Source: Callorhinchus milii (lineage: Eukaryota). Taken from it: DNA of 64,000 bases. How positions within the stretch are numbered: position 1 is the stretch's first letter; each line of letters begins with the position of its first letter. Both the position numbers and the translations under genes were made by a program. Under the pieces are notes generated by a model. The model was not told the DNA's origin and ran no database searches. It worked only from the letters and a program-made list of their open reading frames with translations. The stretch spans positions 39,186,001 to 39,250,000 of the forward strand of contig NW_024704742.1 in the NCBI RefSeq assembly GCF_018977255.1, given 5' to 3'. Shown here piece by piece: positions 1 to 12,400 of this stretch.

Positions 1-2734
1 GAGGTGACATGTGCTTTAGTGTTCAAAACCTTGATGTCCTCCACCAAATCATCAGAGACGGAATCTAGATTTGTTCAGGTAAATGTCGCCCAAACAAGGT
101 AGCACTTGCCAAAAAACACATAGAAAATGCTACTGTTTAGGTCACATGTGCCACTAATCTACGGCAGTTCCCTGAAACCAGACATGGCCTCCTGCAACAA
201 GCTGAATGAAGGTTCGGTCAGGTAAACATTGCCCAAACCAGTAGCACTTAGCAGAAAAATACACAGGAAAATACTACTGTTTGGGTGATATTTGCCTTTG
301 CTTTCCAACTCCTGGATGGAATCCAATGTGTTCCCCTTCAACAAACCAACACAGAAGAAAAGGCGTTTCAGTCAGGCAAATGTCATCCAAACTAGATAGC
401 AATCCTGCAGAGATGAGGAGGAATGAAGAGCTGACTTACTTCACCATCTTCTCGTCTTCGTCTCAGTTTCACAATGTGATTTCTCCAAATGCCCAGACTT
501 CATCTTTTATATTTCTTCAGCTGAATATCTCTTCATCCTTTTCAATTCATTTTGGATAGGGTGATGTTTTTGTTCTTGGTTGACTTGAATATAGTTAACC
601 AGTTATAAGTGATGGTGTCTTTTGTTTGAGTGATAATCACTCCCTTTGTTACTTGGGGTTCAGGTGACCTTTCTAATATGTTCACTTTGAATTAAGAACT
701 AAATAGTTCTTCATCTGGATGTCTCTTCATTCTTCTCAATTCTTTTTGGATTAAGTGATAATGTTGCCCTTTGTTGACCAGGTGTATGATATGTTGTGTT
801 TTGTAAAGGCAGATTGTGACTTTCTTTGTTACCTGGGGTTGAGATGACCTGTCTCATATACTCTTTTGGATTAAGCAACTGAAGAAAATCAAGTGACATC
901 TTAGATCTTAAAATTTAAATGTAATGTTTATCTTCTGAAATAAAATGAAATTGTTTGAGCAGCGAGAAGTAGAAATCGATAAATGTCACCTGAGCACCTT
1001 AATATTTATTATGCTAAAATCAACCAAATGAATTGAGTAACGGTGTGATTTTGGATTGTTCTTTGCAAGTAGATTGAGAAACTGATGAGCCTCCAAATTT
1101 AGATCCATAGTCCCTGAAGATAATTAGAAACTTTGTGGAGACTTACGTTGGAATGAGTCTGATACAATGTGTGGCACTGTAACACTATTGCACTAGTTTG
1201 GACCTGAAAATATTAATGTTCAGTTTCTTTGCTGTGTTTCTGTGCAATCTGGGGGTTTGCTTTCCTCCCTTTTCAATTCGTTTTCAGATTATTACATTGA
1301 TTATTAATTTCAACTCTGAAGGAGAAGCATATCTCTCCTGAACGGGAGATATGCTTCTCTTTGAAATTGCAACATCCCTTTGGAAATGCAACCAGAAGTC
1401 TGGAGACATTGTTTCATTAATATTCCTTTACCGAGGATACTCATCACCCATAGTGTCTGAATTTAAAAAATACATTATAATCATAATTAAAATTTCAATA
1501 AGGAATGCATCTTGCCTTCACAGCACTGAATAATTTACATTACTTCTTGCTGGTCTTAACAAATGTTATCGAAACCTAGACAAGATACTGAGAGTCATCA
1601 ATATAAGCAAGTCATGTTAAAAACAAACAACAATTTTTGGATGAGATGTTCGTCTGAGGTCCCCTCCGTTTGTTCAGTTGGCTGTTTTCTCATGGCTATT
1701 TTCGAAAAGAGAAGGGAGTTTCTCCCAGTGTTCTGGTCAACAATCCACCAAACATAATTGGCCATTTGTTTGATGGCTGTATGAAGGGCATTGCTGTGCG
1801 CAATTGTACTACTGCCATTGCCTACAAATGCACGGTCACTCCATTTCACTGTAATTCCTGTGAAGCGCTTTGAGACATCCTTCTGATATAAGGCGCTATG
1901 CCAAATGCAAGGATTATTATTATTATCCGTGAGTTTTGTGTTACTTATACTGATTGAAAAATCGTAAACATCCACACGCATTACTTTTTCAGTGAGACTT
2001 TGGGTGTTTTTCTTCTTTGTTTTGATAAAACTTGATCAGTGTATGCTAAAACAAGGATGCCTTTTAAAAATGACTTTCTCCTAAACCTGCGATTGTCTGT
2101 GTACCGACACTGTTGGATGTTTTTTTNGGGAAATCTTACTGCAAGCTTTGATTCTACTATATGCCTATCTTAGAGCCATGTGAAAATATAACTACCTGGT
2201 ATTACAATAACTTTCTTTTATATAGCACCCTTCATGTGGGAGTGCTGAACAATGGCTTAGATTGACTCAGACAGCATACCAGGAACAAAAGAGGACAAAA
2301 CAGTGAAATTATGCCATTATGCCCTGAATCTCTGAATCCCTGTTTCAATGCCTCTCATTTGTTCCCTCTTTGCACATCTTCAAATCACACCTGAAGACTT
2401 TTGTCTTTGATCGTCAACTCCCCTCCCTTTCCAGAGCAGTGTCACTGTTAAGTGTTCTGAGACACTATCCACGTGAAGGTTGCTATGTAAATGCCAATTG
2501 TTGTTGTTGTTGTTTTAGAGACACTTGAGGCATCCCACTCAGTATTTCTTCCATTTTGACCATTATCTCATTACGACTACAATCTAATTTAAAATTTTAA
2601 TCCATATCTCCGTATGGATACCCATTTACGTCATCTTTTAAATATGCCTCTTGTGTGGTATTTTGTAAAAGAAATTTTGCAAGTCTAGTTACATTCTCAT
2701 ATGGCTTCCTAGTGCCTGTTTTGGATGTGTATAA

Positions 2735-3655
2735 CAAACATCACATGTAGGAGCAGGAATAGGCCATTCAATCATGGCTGATCTTCTAATCTAACTCCAG
2801 CTAATAACCTGACCCTGCCTTATCCCCATATCCCTTAATCTCTTTTGCAATAAGAAATCTATCTATCTCAGTCTTGAATATGTTCAAGGACTGAGCGTCA
2901 ACAGCCCTTTGGGGTAGCGAGTTCCATGCATTCACCACCCTTTGAGTGAAGAAGTTCTTCCTCAACTCAGTGCGACAGGGCTGGCCTCTGATTTTAAGGT
3001 TGTGACCCCTGGTTTTAGTTTCTCCAACCAGGGGAAACAACCTCCCACTATCTACTCTATCATGCCCTTTGATGATCTTATAGGTTTCTATAAGATCCCC
3101 TCTAATTCTTCTATATTCTAGAGAATATAGGCCCAAATTGGTCAGCCTATCCTCGTAACTCATCCCTTTCATCCCTGGTACTAACCTAATAAATCTACGC
3201 TGTACCCCCTCCAAGGCAAGTACTTCCTTCCTTAAATAAGGAGAACAAAATTGCACACAGTATTCCAGGTGTGGTCTCACCAGGGCCCTATACAGTTGCA
3301 GCAAGACTTCCCTACTTTTATACTCTAATCCTTTCATAATGAATGCTAACATACCGTTCGCCTTCCTAATTGCTGCTGCACCTACAGACTAACTTTCTGT
3401 GATTGGTGTACAAGGACACCCAAGTCCCTCTGGACGGTAACACATTTCAATCCCTCCCCTTCTAAAAAATAACCCACTCTACTGTTTTTGCTATCTAGGT
3501 GGATGACTTCACACTTCCCTACTTTAAACTTCATCTGCCACCTACCTGCGCAATCACCTAACCTATCTATGTATCGCTGCATTTTTTTAATGTCATCCTC
3601 TGTGTTGACACTTCCTCCTAGTTTTGTGTCATATGACACTTCCTCCTAGTTTTGT
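2735..3655 (-). mobile_element. CR1-clade LINE 3' fragment (RT C-terminus)
   Basis: ORFs 2801-3352 (LYRALVRPHLEYCVQF...LEGVQRRFIRLVPGM...RKNFFTQRVVNAWNSLP) and 3382-3639 (DTKLGG...WQMKFKVGKCEVIH...RDLGV) are typical CR1 RT. Confidence 0.92.
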
Positions 3656-4203
3656 CAAGCCATGTTGATTAGCAGTTACTAAGTTATTTTTCGACAGGTC
3701 TTTTACTATTCTGATAACGATTTATTCCATTTATCTTTGCAATTATTGATGCCATGCTAATGGGCTGCAATGGTTAAGTACAGCTTCCAGATTCCTTTTG
3801 AAAGGATTTCATCAGGTTGAGCCATCATTTTTTTTATATTAAAAAAAATCTGATGTCAGAGTTATTAGTGATTTATTTGCCTCTTCTTCTCAATAATATT
3901 CTTGCCACACATGGAAGCTGTTTTCTCAATTGTCATACTTTCTTCATAACCTTAATGTTTCTTCAACTCTTCCTTTTTACTTTCACAAGTTTGTGAAATT
4001 TCTTAGTGGGGACATAAAGGATAGCTAAGCAGGCTAATATGTTAATCTTGATTTGTGCAATTCAGTAAAATACAAGTATTACATGTGCATATTTGGCCTG
4101 TTGTAAGACTCATCTAGAGGCAATAGATATACTTTTATAATGGCTAAGTTATGGTTGGGCAAGATCCACCTCTTGTGAAGCCATGCAATCATACATTATA
4201 CAT

Positions 4204-5620
4204 TAGAATATACAGCACAGAAACAGGCCATTCGGCCCAACTGGTCTATGCCGGTGTTTGTGCTCCACGTGAGCCTCTTCCTGCCCTTCCTCAACTAGGC
4301 CTTCAAGCATCACCTTCTATTCCTTTCTCCCTCATGTACCTATCTAGCTTTCCCTTAAATACATCTATGCTAATTGTCTCAACAATTCCTTGTGGTAGCA
4401 TGTTCCACATTCCCACTACTCTCTATGTGAAGAAATTTCTTCTAACTTCCCTATTTGATCTATTTGTGATTATTTTATATTGATGGCCCTTGGTTTTGGT
4501 CTCCCCCCACAAGTGGAAACATCTTCCCTATGTCTACCCTATCAAAATCTTTCATCATTTCAAAGACCTCTATCAGGTCACCCCTCACCCTCCTCTTTTC
4601 AAGAGAAAACAGTCCAAGCATATGCATCCTTTCCTGAAGGTATAACCGCTCAGTTCTGGAATCTCCTGTGGACCCTCTCCAGTGCCTCCACATCCCTTGT
4701 ATAACGTGGGGACCAGAACTGCACACAGTATTCTAAGTGTGGTCTAACCAAAGTTCTGTAGCAGTTTACCATAACTTCCCTGCATTTCATTTCTATCCCT
4801 CTAGAAATGAACTCCAGTGCCTGGTTTGCTTTTTTATGGTCTTATTAACCTATCTTGATACTTTTAGGGAATTGTGCATGTGTACCCCTAGATCCCTTTG
4901 CTCCTCTTCCCCATTTACAACAACAACAAGAAGATTCCATTTATAAAGCGCCTTTCACATCAGGAGGACGTCCCAAGGCGCTGCACAGTTGGGTCAGGTC
5001 CCGAGCAGGGGGAAATGGTCAGGGTGAGGGGAGGGAAGGGAGGGAGCGAGGAGGGGGAAATGGTCAGGGTGAGGGAGGGAAGGGAGGGAGCGAGGAGGGG
5101 GAAGAGAGTCGAGAGGGGAGCTGAAGGCTCGGTCAAAGAGAAAGGTTTTGAGACCGGCCTTGAAGGAGGAGAGGGAGGAAGCAAGGCGAAGGCACTGGGG
5201 GATGGAGTTCCAGAGCCTAGGGGCTGAGAGGCTGAAGGCCCGACAACCGATGGTAGGGCGATTGGGGCGGTGGACGTGGAGCAGACCGGAGCCGGAGGAA
5301 CGGAGGGTACGGGCAGGTATTTAGGGGGATAGTAGGTCAGAGAGGTAGGAGGGAGCAAGGCCGTGGATGGCCTTATAGGTGAGGATGAGGATCTTGAAAT
5401 CAATCCTCTGGGGGATGGGGAGCCAGTGGAGGCGAGCGAGGGTGGGTGTGATGTGGTCCCGAAGCCTGGTGCGGGACAGTACACGAGCTGCAGAGTTCTG
5501 AATGAATTTAAATTCCCACTCAGCAAGTTTATTAGTGTCTTGCTGTAATTTGTTGCAGTCCTCCTCTGGATTAACTACTCCCCCCAATTTGGTGGCGTTC
5601 GCAAATTTTGAAATTGTACT
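4204..5620 (-). mobile_element. CR1 LINE fragment (4204-4916 and 5510-5620) interrupted by an L2 3' end
   Basis: LGLFSLEKRRVRGDLIEVF and GGVVNPEEDCNKLQQD motifs flank the L2 segment. Confidence 0.8.
4917..5509 (-). mobile_element. L2-clade LINE 3' end
   Basis: IQNSAARVLSRTRLRDHITPTLARLHWLPIPQRIDFKILILTYKAIHGLAPSYLSDLL; (TTG)n tail. Confidence 0.9.
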
Positions 5621-6562
5621 GCTATCAGTAGCTATCAGATTAAAACAGTGGACAGAGTCAATGATTTACTGAGGATACTGGTTGACGATGATGTATACAT
5701 CCATTAGGTCTATCACCCAATATGTTATATGTCACTGGATAGACTAAAAACTAGATAGATTCAATAATTCATGCATGTGAATTAGAAGAATTGCTGGATG
5801 TGTGTGAGGAGAGAGAGCTAGAGAGGGTGGAGTGCTAGCACAGTGAGTGGGGATTTTAGGAGGGTTGGCAATATGTAAGGAAAAAGTGAAAGAGGGAGAG
5901 GGCATTGTTGATGACAAACCAGCCAGCCTAGCTCATCAGTGGGACTTCACTTCTTCTACCACCACATACAGAATACTAATCTTTCTCTATCCCCATCTTT
6001 CCACAGTGTCTGGCCTCCTCTCTCTCCCCACACACCCTGCCATTCCTCTCTTGCCCTTCACACTGTGCTACCTCTTTTTTATGCACCCCATCCCCCACAG
6101 TCTCTACAGTGCCAGCCCTTCTCTTTGTCCTACAGTGTCAGGTCTTGTCTGGACAGACTGGGGCCAGAGATTCCTCCCACGTGGCTCCTGTTAAACCCAG
6201 CAAGCCAAAGCCTTAAGCCTTGGTCTTTGTTGCATAATCAGTGTATATGCAGATAAAAGCCAAGGGGTCCCCAAGCCTTGGCTTTTATCAACCTGCCCCT
6301 AATAATCTCTAAAATTAGGAAAGCAGAGTGCACCTCTCCAAGGAGAATATGCATTCTGTTACAGAAACAGGGAAATTTCATTGCATCGATGTGTGGAATT
6401 CTGTCTAGTTTGGATCGCTTCAATATGGTGATGGGTTTCACATATTTTGGACACTGACTGACAATGATCAAAACCCAATTGCCCCACTCCAGGCAAGTGA
6501 TCTTTTTCTGTTTTGGGTGACCCTGAAGCAAGCAATTGTGTTTTGTACATTGTAGGGCATAT

Positions 6563-6797
6563 ATAATAATAATCCTTGCATTTGATATAGCGCTTTTCAC
6601 GTCAGGAGGACGTCCCAAAGCGCTTCACAGAATACACTGTAAAGTGAATTGACTGTATATTTGTGGGCGAACGCGGCAGCCAATTGCGCACAGCAATGTC
6701 CCACAAACAGTCGTAGATTGAAAATGACCAATTTATTATCGTTTTTGGTTTTGGAGGGATTATTATTAGGCGTGTGGAGTAAGGAAACTTGCCCAAG
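6563..6797 (-). mobile_element. 5'-truncated young SINE (same family as 26578-26900)
   Basis: Near-identical to the body and (ATT)n tail of the full-length copies. Confidence 0.9.
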
Positions 6798-8774
6798 ATA
6801 TCAAGCTCTAGATTCTGGTTTCATTTTTTTATGTATTGCTTTCCCAACATTGATCTGCCTATGAGGAATGAAACCCACCCTCTCCTCATATTGAAATGTT
6901 GAACCCACAGGCTTCAGGTCTTGACTGCCCAATCGCTAAACGTTGGTAGTTATGGAACATTACTTAATTATTTAAGAAATACGCAATCTACAGCAAATTT
7001 AACCCCAAAGTGTGCTATTATATTCACAGTAACTTCTGGGATGGAGCTCAGAGGGGATATTGGATCTTATGAATAGCAGTTTAGAGAACAAGGATTAGCA
7101 AATTAAATTCAGGTTGAATGTTTGGTGATGCTTATTTTAAATCATGTGCTTATAAGAGGAATTCCCCAATCTTAGAAATCCAGCCTGCCTCAGTTGGTAG
7201 CACTCTCCACCCAAGTCAGCAAGTTGGGGGTTTAAGCCTTATGTCGGAACTTTGAACTTATGCTCCAATGCAGTGCTGGGGTGCTTTGCATTGTGATCAG
7301 TGTTATAAACCACCCTTCATGGCCTGACTCTTCCTACTTATTTCATAGAACAGTAGAATCACAGAAATGTACAGCACAGAAGAAAGCTATTCGGCTCATT
7401 GGGTCTGTGCCGACTCCTTTAAGAGCAACATTTCAGTCCCATTTACCTGCGCTTTCCCTATGCCTGTATCTTCTCATGTCTTGTAGTTCTATTCTGCCCA
7501 TTTCTAAATTACCAAAAATCACAAACAATATTTAAAAGGGAAGACGTATGATCAGTATGATGGAATAGTTGCAGACACATGAACCAGTCTGACATACAAC
7601 GTCACTTAACATGCTACCATATGGCAGCGGCCCGAATGGAAGGCAGATTTGGGAGCTACCAATAAGCAAAAATGCAAAGGGTGGTGGAATACAATAACAA
7701 CAAATTACGACTTGTATAGCACCCTTAACGTCAGAAAGATGTTCCAGGGCACTAGATAGTCGGGGTATTTTGCACCTGACCTGGGAGTTGGGGTCAGGAG
7801 GGGTGGAGGGCAGGTAGGCTGGGGGTGGGAGAGTGGCCGAAGAGGAAAGTCCTTAGAAAGGGGGTGAGGGGGAGGGATTGCAAGATAGAGATCGAGTGTG
7901 GAAGCAGAGATGCTGAATGCCCGACCACCAATGGTGGGGCGGGAATTGCAGGGGACCTGAAACAGGTGGATACTACACTAAGTTGGTTGCCTTATTGCAT
8001 TCAATTGTGTGCCTTCAACATTTTACATGAAATGGTTAAAACAGACAAATCTTCACTTTTACATACTGCAGGAGAACCCTGTTAGAATAGCCTTCAATAA
8101 AGTACTACCTTGCTTATATTCAATTTAGTGCTGGTAATGCTTATAAGGTGGATTGGTAATGGATGTTATTTTGTGCCATGAAAACATGAAAATCATGTTA
8201 TTGTGAGAGTAACACTAATAGGTTAGGTTGGCCACTGTGAAAATTGTGCAATGAATTGTTCATTGTGTGAAAGCTGCTGGACAACTTTTAGCACACGTAT
8301 GCAGTGTCCTAGTGATGACGAACACTGACAGATGTGGCCCTTTAGACTGCGTGCTTATAACACCGCGTTATAGCAATACAAATTTACATAGCACCTTTCA
8401 TGTCAGGATGATCCCATGCACTCAATAATGGGTTGGACTTCAACCAGTAATGGAAGCAGAGGGGTTGGGGAGCTGAAAGATGACCAAATGCAGTTATAGA
8501 GGCAGGACTTGACTTGAGACTGACCCTGAATGAGGTGAGGGAGAGAGCGAGTCAGAGGGACTCCAAGATGGAGATACAGAGAATGGCAGCAGATAGGCTG
8601 AAAGTCCACCCACCAATGGTGAGCAGGAGATATAGGAGGCCAGTGTCTACTGAGTGAAAGGAGCAGGTGGGTCAGTCAATACTAGAATTATTGATGATTT
8701 TCTGCAAACATTCAACAATCAGATTTTACTTACACATTAGTCATACACTGGTTCACTTTTAATGCATAAAAACT

Positions 8775-8780
8775 TTTATT
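8775..8780 (-). terminator. Probable WDR1 polyadenylation signal AATAAA (3'UTR about 0.5 kb)
   Basis: tttatt on the + strand about 515 nt past the stop, at the end of a repeat-free UTR-like tract and just before an L2 fragment. Confidence 0.65.
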
Positions 8781-9293
8781 ATGTATCTTTTCTGATCATC
8801 TGGAGAAATTCAGGCAACATTTGTGCAGTACATATTTCTAAAGCAAAGAAATAACATGTACAATATACAGTAGCTGCACTTACAGCAATTTGGATCACAT
8901 AATTTTGAACTGTCACTGTACAGAAATATTCTCTAGTTGCACATTGAGTCAGTGTTGATTTCACTCAATACAACTTCATAGATCTGAATTTGAAACAAAA
9001 AGTTGCAATTAGGGCTTTAATGTGTAGAAATAAGGCTGTTGCCTCTGGAATGTTGAATGTACGAGGTTATTAAGCTCCAGAGATTAGGTTACCAAGTGCT
9101 TTTCACGTGCAAAATTTTACTTGCTAAAGCTTTCCAAAACACAGTATTAGATTATGAACTCTCAAGTGACCTTGGATCGTGATTATGGGGTCCAGGGGGC
9201 AAAAGAAATATTCCAATCAAAAGCTAACTTTCTACAGCAGCAGTCCTAGTCCCTGAAGTTCTATGTGCCCTCCCCAAGTACAGCAATTCTTGT

Positions 9294-9403
9294 TCATTTG
9301 AATGTGATGGTCCACTGCTTCACACATGCATCATGGGAAGTGGTCACCAGAATGTGCTCATCCAACCAAGCAATACCGCTGATATGATATAGCCGATGAG
9401 CAT
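9294..9403 (-). CDS. WDR1: WDR1 exon 15 coding part with TGA stop
   Basis: cctcag|[37 protein letters not shown]. Confidence 0.96.
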
Positions 9404-12400
9404 CTGAGGAGAAGACAAAATTACATATTAAAAAAAATTCAATCCAGAATTAAAGAGTAGTTTAGTTAAGGTATCAAGACAACAGAGTGACGTAAATCAC
9501 ATTTACTTCAAAACGCTTACGTTTTAACCCTAAGTTTCAAGCACAATTTTGAAGTTGGTTTTAAATAGTTATTCACAAAATATTTTTAATCTACTCTGGT
9601 TTAAAAAGTAAACACACCTTTGCAAAAAGCGATGTTTGATGGCATTCATTTTTCATTTTCCTAAGAACAAACATGCACTTAACCAGTGACACATCTTTAC
9701 AATGTTGGACTGACAACCCAGGATTAACACCAGTTTCCCTTCAGCACAAACAATCTTGTGCAATTCAAATAAAATTATTCTCCCTCAGTATTCATTAGAT
9801 TACAACATAAGAGACTGCATACATTTTACTCGTTATATATGGAGACATTCCTGGCAACACCTCCTCCCCCAGGAAAAGCATTCTCTACAGCTCGACTTTG
9901 ATAGACTAGACAGATGACACTGGCTGGAAAATTGGTTCCACCTTCCAGCTTCAAAATCCTTCCATTTGACAAGGATAATTCACACAAAATCCCTCACACA
10001 AGAAAAAAATCTCATCAAATCTTAGTTTTGTAAACTACCTGTCAGTTTCATTTTTGATGCTGTAATACCAAGGGTCCAGATGTAAACCAATGAATCCATC
10101 CCTCCAGTTGCAAAGTGCTGATTGTCTGGTGACCATCCTATGCAGACAATTTTAGCATGGTGCCCATGGTAAGTATTCTCCTCCTGTTAAAACAGAAAAG
10201 TATTAGCTAAAGGTTCATCATACAAATATGAAAATACATGTGCTGTTCAGTACAAATATGAAAATACATGTGCTGTTCAGAACACATTTTTATAAATAAT
10301 CCATTGCATAATTGTAGCATTAAGAGAGATTTTTTTTAATATAACCTATCCTCCCCCCACTAATCCATATGTATGATCTACATTGAGGGATAGATATAAT
10401 TGAATTACAAGAAATAAGTCATCACAAAATAAGAGGAAAGCTCTCATGTTGCAAGAACATTTTCAATCAAGTAAATGAATACTAACTTTGGACACTTTAT
10501 CCAATATTACAATATTCAAAAACGTTCATGAATCACAACACTCCCACCCCCCATTTGTTTTCTAGCAGGGACATACAGCATTATATGTATTTGGATTATA
10601 CTTGTGCACCAGTGCAGAGATGGGATTTCAATTATTTTAGTGTCTGATAGAGGATAATTAAATTATTTCCCATGAAGATCGACTTTTTTAGATGGTGTTA
10701 GAACCTACAAGTTTAGTTACAAGGTTATCCAGGTGTACAACAAGATGGAAATCAGCACTGGGGATAAGCATTTTACTTGGCTCTACGCATCTAAGCAGAC
10801 GCAAGCAGCAGTTTCCAGCTATTTTTTAAAAAAAGTTCTGAGCAGTTATCATGTTCAAGGGAGGGGATAGATGAAATATCGTAGCTTGCTGTGAGAGAGA
10901 ACTTCAACAATAAGATTCATGCAAATTACATTTATTAATGGTTTGAAAATTTTGATTTGAGATTGAGACTACATTTTACTGGCATTGACTAAATTAAAAT
11001 TGTGTTTTGGTTAGAAAATGCTGTTTCACGCCATCAGAAAGTGCCAGATTAAGAACAGATTTCAAGGAGAAGCACAGATGAAAAGTAGTATCTTCACGGG
11101 AATCTTAGTGGCACAATAGTTTCCATTGCCATTTCACTGAGCATTGAAAACAGCTTGGGTTGATGTGCTAAACAAATTTTCTTCTTCTGAACGAAATAGC
11201 TGAGCAGTTACGATCTGCTGGGAATAACTGCCTATGACTCGAAAATGCCTATGACAGCCACAATTTTATGTACTGGGGCTAATGTTTTAGAAATGTACTT
11301 GTGAAGCACAGGTGGGACATTGTAGAAAAACAAGAACTTCATTTTAACCCAGGTTATAACTAATATAGGAGTGCCTGTTAAGACCACTAATTGCAAAGAG
11401 AGGAAAATGAGGCAGTTCACAAGCATTGACAAAAATCCATTTAGTTAGAAGATCGCAAAGGAAAATCTTCTGAAAACCAATCACAGAGTGAATTTAAGCA
11501 TCAATATATGCAATTCCATGTGCAGTGGTACTATTTCATTGCATCTTACAAGGGAATAGTATAACCTCAATCTATATAAGTGCAGTTTGAATTGTAAGCA
11601 TTGTAAGAACCCAATGGTCCCATCAAGGATTTAAATCTCTTAAAACTAATTACTGAAACACCACACCCATCTGTAAAATAAAAAAAAACATTGGTGTTGA
11701 GAATTTCTAATGGACAATGCTATGGTTCAGTTGGAAAAGGTACAGAAGAATTAGCTTAATCCATACAAATTAACAAAAATTAAATAAATCCTCCCAAAGT
11801 AAAACAAAGGATTACAAGGTGGAAAGCCATTTACCTTATATTCATCTGCAACACTAAATAGTGTGATGACTTTATTTGCATCACAGACTGCAAGGAAGGC
11901 ACCGTCAGGAGAATAAGCAACAGCAGTCACTGGTCCCTTAGCTTTCAAGGTCTTCACACCATCATTTTCTTTCAGTGTATTCCCTTGAATAGAATACATG
12001 TATATGTTGCCATCCTAGTGGTGCACAAACAGATGATAGTTAAGAATTCTGTTAAAGTATGGAACTGTTTTTTTTAATCCTACAACCTTTAAGTCACACA
12101 TTCTTAAAATGTTCCACTGTATTCAAACGCTAACCTCTTTAATTTTAAAAGAAAAATCCACCAGGTGTTTCGCTAAATGTCTTTGAAGTGCAAATATTAA
12201 ACACAACATCATTATGCATGGCAAATTACTTTTAGCTTATCATAATTTGGATGTCAAAACACATTGCATCTCTGCAATAGATGTTATACAAATGAAGTTA
12301 AAACAGGATTAAAGTAAGTCTCCACACTGGACTAAAAATAATTCAGTTAATTGACAGTAGAGTGTATGAATCGAATTGTTTTTCATGCTGAAAGTCACTA

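Noticed and set aside
3606..3657. Short tandem duplication tgacacttcctcctagttttgt
   Set aside because: It sits at the CR1 5' truncation point and is a routine insertion by-product.
4960..5526. 188-aa Pro/Ser-rich ORF
   Set aside because: It is an alternative frame of an L2 3' end.
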